Positions 26,029 to 32,233 of a stretch of 43,276 bases of DNA are shown piece by piece. Origin of the DNA: a virus (taxonomy: Duplodnaviria > Caudoviricetes); IMG/VR virus record IMGVR_UViG_3300008255_000206, positions 1 to 43,276 of that record. One strand, given 5' to 3'. Each line of letters opens with the position of its first letter. The first letter of the stretch is position 1. Both the position numbers and the translations under genes were made by a program. A model generated the notes under the pieces. The model worked only from the letters and a program-made list of their open reading frames with translations. It did not search any database and was not told where the DNA came from.

Positions 26029-26412
26029 TTAGTAGGCCGAGGCAGAAGACGAGAAAGATGACTGCAAGGAAGCGAAGATAGTTAAACATTGGATGGCCTT
26101 GTAGAGGATGAGGACGAGAAGAAGCGCGGAAAGCGCCCAACCGCCGACTGCAGGAACGGGCACAAGCGTGGTCTCGACTGGAACAACCGGCGATCGGCAG
26201 TCTGTTCCGGTGCTGGTGACGCAGCCGAAGAAGGTCCAGCAGGCATCATCGCCGTAGCGATCTATGCAGCGGATTTCGAAGCCCTTGAGGCAAACCGTGC
26301 TTTCAGTGGTGCAGGGATTAGGGTCAGTCCAAAACTCTTGAGTCATCACGTAAGTGACTTCCTCAAAGAGCGAGGGAACGGGGAGGAAGGTTGCAACGGG
26401 GACAACGCTCAT
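26029..26412 (-). CDS. Cys-rich membrane protein with a VPLPA-CTERM-like anchor
   Basis: VPVPAVGGWALSALLLVLILYK, preceded by six Cys. Confidence 0.6.
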   Translation of the reverse strand: MSVVPVATFLPVPSLFEEVTYVMTQEFWTDPNPCTTESTVCLKGFEIRCIDRYGDDACWTFFGCVTSTGTDCRSPVVPVETTLVPVPAVGGWALSALLLVLILYKAIQCLTIFASLQSSFSSSASAY

Positions 26413-26744
26413 TTGGAAGTTTCCTTTGCTTCGGCTAACCAAAACTCGTGGTTGCGCCAGGTGAATTTGTATTGTTTGAGCTTGCGGTGTTTGCGGCAGA
26501 TGGTGTTGAGGTTTCGACAGTCGATGCCGATGACGGCGGCAACTGCGCCTTGAGACTCATACCATTTGCCATCGAGGGCGAGCGGGTGTTTGGAGTGGAA
26601 GTTGCGGCCCTTGCCTGCGCGGTGAGTTGTTCCGCGCAGATGTGCTTGTGATATTGCTTGCTGAGGAACGCCGGTTTGGCGAGAGGCCTCAGCTTGTGAC
26701 TCGTAAGTCACGCCGTCGATCTCAACCGGGACTTTGCGGGTCAT
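26409..26744 (-). CDS. Protein with two NUMOD1/IENR-like HTH repeats
   Basis: PVEIDGVTYESQAEASRQTGV and PLALDGKWYESQGAVAAVIGI. Confidence 0.7.
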   Translation of the reverse strand: MTRKVPVEIDGVTYESQAEASRQTGVPQQAISQAHLRGTTHRAGKGRNFHSKHPLALDGKWYESQGAVAAVIGIDCRNLNTICRKHRKLKQYKFTWRNHEFWLAEAKETSK

Positions 26745-27144
26745 TGGCCTTTCCTTTGTCTGTAGTGTCGGTGGGGGTGGCGAGGGCGAGGATACCGGAG
26801 GCTATTGCTTGCCCTGCGGCTTCGAGTCCTGCGCGGTATTTTTCTTCGAAACCTTTTTTAGCTAGAGGTCCATTTTGCCGCTGACACTGATAAGCAATTT
26901 CTGCACACTCCCGCACCACCGCAGCCCGTTCTGCGCGGCGTGCTTCCTCGGAGGAGGCGAGGGCGGCTTGCAGGCGTGCGATTTCGGTTCTGGCCTCTAG
27001 CAGAGAGTAAAACAATGCCACTGTGAGGTTGTTGGATGGAGACAGCCCCATGGGGGTATCGTATCGAAACCACTTAACGGGCCGATCGTTGTTGTTTTCA
27101 TCATACTGCACAGACCATTTTTCGTCTATCTTTAGGTCTTTCAT
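26722..27144 (-). CDS. Hypothetical protein
   Basis: Coupled ORF in the early operon. Confidence 0.6.
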   Translation of the reverse strand: MKDLKIDEKWSVQYDENNNDRPVKWFRYDTPMGLSPSNNLTVALFYSLLEARTEIARLQAALASSEEARRAERAAVVRECAEIAYQCQRQNGPLAKKGFEEKYRAGLEAAGQAIASGILALATPTDTTDKGKANDPQSPG

Positions 27145-27464
27145 GTCTGTTGCTCCTTTGCGCGGGCGAGGGCGGCGTCGGCTACGTTTTTTGCATTACT
27201 TTGTTCCCATTCCTGCTCTACGCTGGTCATTGGAGCGCATTGTGTTTGGAAACTTTCCCAGCCCTCAATGAAAGCTGCCTTCACCAGTTCAGCGATTAGC
27301 TTGTCTTTGGCGGCGACCTCTGCTGCGCGCCTGGTCTTTTCCATCTCGTATGCGTCGTGATACGAGGCCGCTTCTGCTTGCAGTCTTGCGATCTCAGCGT
27401 CTTTCCGGGCTGCTTCCTCGGTGCCTGCGTCATAGTGCTGGTTAACGGTCATGGCTGGCCTCAT
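27141..27464 (-). CDS. Hypothetical protein
   Basis: Coupled ORF; shares an EIARLQA segment with 26722-27144. Confidence 0.6.
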   Translation of the reverse strand: MRPAMTVNQHYDAGTEEAARKDAEIARLQAEAASYHDAYEMEKTRRAAEVAAKDKLIAELVKAAFIEGWESFQTQCAPMTSVEQEWEQSNAKNVADAALARAKEQQT

Positions 27465-27481
27465 TTTCAGAAAAATTCATC

Positions 27482-27715
27482 TCAGTCTCCATACTGCTTT
27501 ATCACGTCATCATCCATTCGGCGCAGTTGCCAATCCGGGCCAAGCTGTGCTTGCAGTTGTTTCGCGTGAGTGATGGTGCCACGCCAAGCCCAAGCACGAC
27601 TTTGCATATGTTGCTCTGTAGTGAAGTGCAACCACACTCGCAGCCTGTGGTTATACAACCGGCGCAGCTGTGGTTGATGGTTGAGCGGTGCTCCGCGAAC
27701 TTGATGGTAGCTCAT
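27482..27715 (-). CDS. Hypothetical protein
   Basis: GGAG RBS. Confidence 0.6.
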   Translation of the reverse strand: MSYHQVRGAPLNHQPQLRRLYNHRLRVWLHFTTEQHMQSRAWAWRGTITHAKQLQAQLGPDWQLRRMDDDVIKQYGD

Positions 27716-27757
27716 TCTGGTCTCCGTTGGGAGGGGTTTCCCCCTCCCGGCTGGTTG

Positions 27758-28123
27758 TCAGGCGAAAGGCCGATAGTTATCGCTTTCGGCCAGAACGATG
27801 ACAAAAACTCCGCGATAGAGCATTCCGAGGCGGCAGTCAAGAATGCGACCGGCGGAAATATCGCTGAGTTCTTGCAGAGAATGCTCCCAAGAATTGATCG
27901 GCTTGGCCAGATAGTCCAAAAACACCATCGGCTCGTCTCCACCTTTGGTCAGTGCGAGTTCGGGGTCTTTGTGCACCACAATGTCACCCGGCTCGAAATC
28001 GAACCGCTGTTGCAGCTTGGCGTAGTGGCCCGCCAGCTTTTCGATGATCTGTTCCTGCGTCAGCTGGGGTTCTTTTTCTTCTCCCTGCTGCATTCCACCT
28101 GCCAGAAAAGTTGCGAGATCCAT
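27758..28123 (-). CDS. Hypothetical protein
   Basis: AAGGA RBS; followed by a GC hairpin. Confidence 0.65.
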   Translation of the reverse strand: MDLATFLAGGMQQGEEKEPQLTQEQIIEKLAGHYAKLQQRFDFEPGDIVVHKDPELALTKGGDEPMVFLDYLAKPINSWEHSLQELSDISAGRILDCRLGMLYRGVFVIVLAESDNYRPFA

Positions 28124-28219
28124 GTTGTATTCCTTTGCTAAACCGTGCAGAAGCGCACGGGAAGACTGCGGAGCCTTCCGATGGGCTTCTGGGGGGAGGC
28201 GAACCTCCCCCCAAAACTG

Positions 28220-28597
28220 TCAGTCAAACAGATCATCATCAACGGTCTTAGGCACCACGTCGATTTCGTTACCGTCCTTGTCGGTGACTTTGAAATCCCC
28301 GATCTCGTAGCGATCGAACCGCAACCAACGACTGGTGCGCTTGCCGGGCTCCAGATTGTGATGGCGAATGACGAGCACATCATAGGCTGTGACGGCGGCT
28401 CGGCCCGGAACGAGGGCAGTGACTTCTTCGTTCAGGGCCCTGACGATGTTGCGATACCGATAACATCGCTGACGAAAGTTGATCGCCGCCCCGACTGTCG
28501 GAAACGTGACAATCATGCCTGGGTTATCGAGGGCCTTGTTCATGACCTGCTCGCAATCTTGATATGCGGCAGGCGATTTGTTATAACCTCGGGGCAT
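28220..28597 (-). CDS. Hypothetical protein
   Basis: Start MPRGYN, TGATG-coupled to the upstream ORF. Confidence 0.7.
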   Translation of the reverse strand: MPRGYNKSPAAYQDCEQVMNKALDNPGMIVTFPTVGAAINFRQRCYRYRNIVRALNEEVTALVPGRAAVTAYDVLVIRHHNLEPGKRTSRWLRFDRYEIGDFKVTDKDGNEIDVVPKTVDDDLFD

Positions 28598-28797
28598 CAG
28601 CTGAGCTCCGCCGGGTTGTGAACATACGGCTTGCCGTCTTTTTCGATCAACAGCGTTGTCACGTTCCACGGGTGAACCTTGCGGCGGGTGAGTTTCTGAA
28701 ACTTGGCGATGGCCAGCCGATGACCGTCGAAGGAGGTTTCTGCTTCCGTTTCGACTGTTTCTTTCGAACCGGTGTAGAAGCTGCGATATTTGTTCAT
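28597..28797 (-). CDS. Hypothetical protein
   Basis: GGAG RBS; coupled to neighbours. Confidence 0.65.
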   Translation of the reverse strand: MNKYRSFYTGSKETVETEAETSFDGHRLAIAKFQKLTRRKVHPWNVTTLLIEKDGKPYVHNPAELS

Positions 28798-28937
28798 TGG
28801 GGGACTCCGAATGTGATGAAGGTGCCGACGGCGAGCAGCAAGAACGGCAGGCCGATCATGAAGGCTGAGATGAGCAGAAACTCACCCAGCCAAACTGCGA
28901 TGCCGTAGCGGCGGATGAGGTTGAGGTAGGGTTTCAT
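28794..28937 (-). CDS. 47-aa membrane protein
   Basis: Translated by hand: MKPYLNLIRRYGIAVWLGEFLLISAFMIGLPFLLLAVGTFITFGVPQ*. ATGA-coupled on both sides. Confidence 0.6.
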   Translation of the reverse strand: MKPYLNLIRRYGIAVWLGEFLLISAFMIGLPFLLLAVGTFITFGVPQ

Positions 28938-29068
28938 TTCTTTTTTCCTTCATATATTATGAGATTGATTGCAGCCAGTGTTGCGAGCCAGTTTGCCTTT
29001 TCAAAACTACCGACAGCAGCGCATATTACGCTCACAACGATTAGAGCGACGAATAAAACTGCGTTCAT
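28934..29068 (-). CDS. 44-aa membrane protein
   Basis: Translated by hand: MNAVLFVALIVVSVICAAVGSFEKANWLATLAAINLIIYEGKKK*. GGAG RBS; ATGA-coupled on both sides. Confidence 0.6.
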   Translation of the reverse strand: MNAVLFVALIVVSVICAAVGSFEKANWLATLAAINLIIYEGKKK

Positions 29069-29289
29069 TCGTGCCGCTCCGTTGTCAACAAGAGCCTTTG
29101 CTTGCTCCCGCCCTTTTCCATGAAATCATTAAAGCGAGCGCAGAGGGCTAACCGGCCTGATACTGGCAACGCCATGATTGACATGAAAGCGTTTTCGACT
29201 GGATCACGCAAGGCCACCGTGCGCGCACGATGAACCTCGGTGTTGTGAGCATAATAAGACGTCAGTCTGGGCGCCATGTTCATCCCCAT
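29065..29289 (-). CDS. Hypothetical protein
   Basis: GAGGAG RBS; coupled. Confidence 0.55.
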   Translation of the reverse strand: MGMNMAPRLTSYYAHNTEVHRARTVALRDPVENAFMSIMALPVSGRLALCARFNDFMEKGGSKQRLLLTTERHE

Positions 29290-29438
29290 TGCTCCTCGGC
29301 CAGCCGCACCTCGCGTGGTGGCTTAATTTCAAACACCTCTGCGAAATGCTGATTGAATTCTTCGAGCGCGTCGAGCATGTCGAACGTGTCGTCGTGACGC
29401 AGCTTGGCTTCGCCGTAGCGATCTTTACGCTTGGTCAT
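29280..29438 (-). CDS. Hypothetical protein
   Basis: Start MTKRKD with GGAG RBS. Confidence 0.5.
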   Translation of the reverse strand: MTKRKDRYGEAKLRHDDTFDMLDALEEFNQHFAEVFEIKPPREVRLAEEQWG

Positions 29439-29634
29439 TTTTGGCTCCGTTGATGAGGTTTGTGAGGTCTTCGATTGCCCGCTGATATTGTCCGCGCTTG
29501 TATGCGGTGCCTGTAATGCGAGCGGCTTTGTCAAGGATTTCTGCGCCAGAATGGCGGCTGTTCCTCATGCCCGCTGCCAAAAGCCGCAGATGGCCGCGAA
29601 TAAAAATCGCCATGCCTTGTTCTTCTCTGGTCAT
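29425..29634 (-). CDS. Hypothetical protein
   Basis: Start MTREEQ, ATGA-coupled. Confidence 0.6.
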   Translation of the reverse strand: MTREEQGMAIFIRGHLRLLAAGMRNSRHSGAEILDKAARITGTAYKRGQYQRAIEDLTNLINGAKNDQA

Positions 29635-29816
29635 TTCAGCTCTCCCAGATACTGCGCCTCGCAAAAGGCGGAACCAAGCAGGTTGAGCTTCACGTCATCC
29701 GACAACCAGCGGTCCGGTGTTTTGGAGTTTGATGCACACATTGCGCGCACCCTGAACTCGTTCTCCCCGACAGCTATCTTGCGAATGCCGTCGACAGTCA
29801 GCATGTAAATGAACAT
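29631..29816 (-). CDS. Hypothetical protein
   Basis: GGAGG RBS before MFIYML. Confidence 0.55.
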   Translation of the reverse strand: MFIYMLTVDGIRKIAVGENEFRVRAMCASNSKTPDRWLSDDVKLNLLGSAFCEAQYLGELK

Positions 29817-29817
29817 T

Positions 29818-30102
29818 TCAAACCTCCATGATTTGCACTGGCACAATTACGCAGTCAGATGCTTTGCGTGACTGGATCGGTTCGAGATGCAACGTCTCGT
29901 TAATCTCACCGAAATAGTTACTCACGTTGCGGTGCAGCCTGCCGGCGAGCCAAAAACGCAAGGCCATCTTTGCGGCCTTGCGTGAGGTGAACAAACGCGG
30001 CGGATGCGCTGCGGTAAACTCCATGTGAGTTCCTCCGCGACTTCCATTTGGGCGTGGCATATACCAGCCGGTTGAAAGCTGTTTGATTACGAAAAATGTC
30101 AT
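29818..30102 (-). CDS. Hypothetical protein, first gene after the ribozyme
   Basis: A-rich enhancer plus GGAG RBS. Confidence 0.65.
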   Translation of the reverse strand: MTFFVIKQLSTGWYMPRPNGSRGGTHMEFTAAHPPRLFTSRKAAKMALRFWLAGRLHRNVSNYFGEINETLHLEPIQSRKASDCVIVPVQIMEV

Positions 30103-30141
30103 TCCGTTCTCCGTTGTTGTTTCTTTCGAGACTTGTCTCGG

Positions 30142-30199
30142 TGGCAGTCATCATCAGGCGGGGAATGCCAATCCCCACAACGCCTTGCGGCGTTTCGAC
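30142..30199 (-). ncRNA. Type II hammerhead ribozyme with pseudoknot
   Basis: Minus-strand order: GUC, GAAA, CGCC-GCAA-GGCG, UU (cleavage), GUGGGGA-loop UUGGCAU-UCCCCGC, CUGAUGA, U, GAC, UGCCA. Both core motifs, three stems and a 5-bp loop I/tail pseudoknot are present. Confidence 0.88.
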
Positions 30200-30203
30200 G
30201 GCT

Positions 30204-30221
30204 TTACTCGTCGCTTCGCAT
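30204..30221 (-). CDS. Minigene / leader peptide MRSDE
   Basis: GGAGG Shine-Dalgarno 5 nt before ATG CGA AGC GAC GAG TAA. Confidence 0.5.
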   Translation of the reverse strand: MRSDE

Positions 30222-30270
30222 TTCAACCTCCCTTGTTGGCAATCGCCAGACACACTGGTCCCGTGCACCC

Positions 30271-30299
30271 ACGATACCATAAATTGATCCCCGGCACAA
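30271..30299 (-). promoter_or_regulatory. Sigma70-type early promoter
   Basis: TTGTGC-17 bp-TATCGT with an extended -10 TGn. Confidence 0.6.
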
Positions 30300-30325
30300 T
30301 CGCGGCATCAAGCCCCGTGGCACGG

Positions 30326-30630
30326 TCCGGTGTGCGGGTGTATGCGTCTGACACTCGTCGCTATGGTGGGGGATTGGCTAAATCGGACCGTTTTTCAATG
30401 TGCCGTTGTCACGGGTGCCGTTGGACCATATCGCCTCATATGTATGTGAGGGGGTGAGGGTGTTCCTAGAATGTTCCAAAAAAAAAAAAATTTATAAACT
30501 CATAAAAAACAACAACTCCGAGGTGGTATGGTTCATACACCGCGCGAACGGACCATATCGGAAACCGGGTCAATTTAGCCAATCCCCCACAATACACGCA
30601 ACTCTCAGGCGCATACGCCAACACACCGGA
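30326..30630. repeat. Long imperfect inverted repeat flanking an A13 tract (candidate origin)
   Basis: Arms 30326-30383 and 30573-30630; perfect 18-bp core GTGGGGGATTGGCTAAAT; internal direct repeat GGACCATATCG. Confidence 0.8.
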
Positions 30631-30652
30631 AACGGGGGCATTGCTGCCCCCG
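30627..30652 (-). terminator. Putative terminator
   Basis: CGGGGGCA-4 nt-TGCCCCCG followed by UUU, just after the stop of 30661-31221. Confidence 0.55.
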
Positions 30653-30660
30653 AGGTTGTA

Positions 30661-31221
30661 TCAGAGCTTGATATCAATCGCCATTGCCGCAAGCTCGGCT
30701 GCCGCTTTGGCTTCCGCCTCGAGTATGGTCTCGGCTTTGCGCACAATGGAGGCTTTCCAGCCGTCGTCCTGCTTGCCAAAGATCTCCCAAACAGCCGCGT
30801 CGCGTTCGCTCGGGGACATGTCTTTGTAACCTTCGACGTGGGGCTTGATCTGGTCGCGAACGATCGAGATGACCTTCTTGTCAACGGTCGAAAGCCCGAG
30901 CCCGCCGTTGCCGCGCTCTGCGCCCCAATCACCGGCTGCGAGTTGATCCGCAACCTTCTGCATCAGAGCCTCGCCGGTTTCCGCCACTTTCGGCCCGTTG
31001 GCGGCGATCCATTCCCGACGCTCAGCCGCCGTCAGGTTCTTCCATCCGTCATCGTTGCCGTATGCGACCTGTGCCGCACCAGCCGCCGCGTCGGCGATCT
31101 TTTGCTTCAGCCCGTGCAACGTGGCTTGCCTGATGATCTCGGGCGACAACGCCGAGGGAGTGATCGTGACGCTTTTGCCGCGCGACTCGACAACAAAAGT
31201 ATTGGTGAAGTTGATTTGCAT
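30661..31221 (-). CDS. First early gene, hypothetical helical protein
   Basis: GGAG RBS before MQINFT; strong codon bias; followed by a terminator-like hairpin. Confidence 0.8.
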   Translation of the reverse strand: MQINFTNTFVVESRGKSVTITPSALSPEIIRQATLHGLKQKIADAAAGAAQVAYGNDDGWKNLTAAERREWIAANGPKVAETGEALMQKVADQLAAGDWGAERGNGGLGLSTVDKKVISIVRDQIKPHVEGYKDMSPSERDAAVWEIFGKQDDGWKASIVRKAETILEAEAKAAAELAAMAIDIKL

Positions 31222-31360
31222 TTTCGTTTCTCCGTTAGCTTTGTCCGGTGAACCATTCACCGTAGGGCCATCTATGCACATCCCGCGATGATTCGCAACA
31301 ACGGATTTTGCCCCCATGCGAGTTTGTTTGTGCCAAAATGTCGCACGCACGGCCTTGCTT

Positions 31361-31377
31361 TTGCGAATGACTCGCAA
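31361..31377. promoter_or_regulatory. Palindromic operator resembling an alphaproteobacterial Fur/Mur box
   Basis: TTGCGAATGACTCGCAA; partial copy ATGATTCGCAACAA at 31288-31301. Confidence 0.5.
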
Positions 31378-31460
31378 CAATTTTTCCCCGACTGCCCGTG
31401 CCTGCCCACGCAAGGCCACCCCCCGGTTCGCCGACACCCACCCCCCTCCCCTCTATAGAC

Positions 31461-31555
31461 CCCCCTCGCTAAATTTGTAGTTTCAAAACATGAGCCATAC
31501 TTTCTTTCCCCCTCGCTAAAAATGTAGCGCGAAGCGCTTGAGCCATACCTTTTCC
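31461..31555. repeat. Imperfect tandem repeat, two units of about 47 bp
   Basis: CCCCCTCGCTAAA-nn-TGTAG-(10-11 nt)-TGAGCCATAC occurs twice; a third GAGCCATAC lies at 31619-31627. Confidence 0.8.
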
Positions 31556-31563
31556 GTGCCATA

Positions 31564-31592
31564 TTGACTCGAGCGTGCGAAGGAGGTAGAAT
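31564..31592 (+). promoter_or_regulatory. Sigma70-type promoter for the packaging/structural operon
   Basis: TTGACT-17 bp-TAGAAT. Confidence 0.75.
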
Positions 31593-31639
31593 GCAGAGGA
31601 CCGGCGGAAAAGTGGCCGGAGCCATACAGGAATAGGAAA

Positions 31640-32233
31640 GTGAGCCTCGAACAAGATATCCTCGCCGCCTTGGGGCCGGGCAGGTTGCCGGTCAAGGTTG
31701 AGGCCGAGATTGTTCGGGAGATCACCGACGCCGATATCGCTCGGCTTGTGACTACGCCCGCAGGCACCGCGCCTCAAGAAATCAAAAAGATCACCGAGCG
31801 CCATCACATGGTCGCACGACTGCTCGCGGCAGGGACTCCCGAGGGCGAAGTCGCCATTATCACCGGTTACACGCTGTCGCGAGTTTCGGTGCTTAAAGGC
31901 TCGCCTGCGATGCAAGAGCTCATCGCTCTGTATAAGAAGGCCGTCGACACCGAGTTCGTTGCGGTCTTCGATCACCTCGCTGGTTTGTCCAAGGACGCGC
32001 TGACTGAGCTTCGGGAACGGCTTGAGACCGAGCCGGAGAAGTTCTCCAACAAACAGCTGCTTGAAGTCCTCGACGCAACCCTTGATCGCACCGGGCATCC
32101 CCGAGCCAAGGAAGTCAAGCAAGAGGTCAACGTCAACATCCGCGATAAACTCGATGCTGCTCGCATCCGTGCTCGCCGAGCTGCACAGGGTGAAATCATC
32201 GAGGCCGACTATAAAGAGTTGCTCAATGGATGA
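31640..32233 (+). CDS. Putative terminase small subunit (HTH)
   Basis: HTH-like EGEVAIITGYTLSRVSVLK; overlaps the terL start. Confidence 0.65.
   Translation: MSLEQDILAALGPGRLPVKVEAEIVREITDADIARLVTTPAGTAPQEIKKITERHHMVARLLAAGTPEGEVAIITGYTLSRVSVLKGSPAMQELIALYKKAVDTEFVAVFDHLAGLSKDALTELRERLETEPEKFSNKQLLEVLDATLDRTGHPRAKEVKQEVNVNIRDKLDAARIRARRAAQGEIIEADYKELLNG

Noticed and set aside
30326-30630. Retron msr-msd or diversity-generating retroelement
   Set aside because: No reverse transcriptase in the window and no TR/VR repeat pair seen in the fibre genes, despite the BPP-1-like head genes.
30400-31251. 283-aa plus-strand ORF crossing the A13 tract (possible phase variation)
   Set aside because: Antisense to a well-supported gene, has no RBS and runs through structured non-coding DNA.
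31461-31555. Mini CRISPR array
   Set aside because: Only two degenerate units with 10-11 nt variable parts. The Cas4-like nuclease belongs to the Sak4/SSB recombination module.
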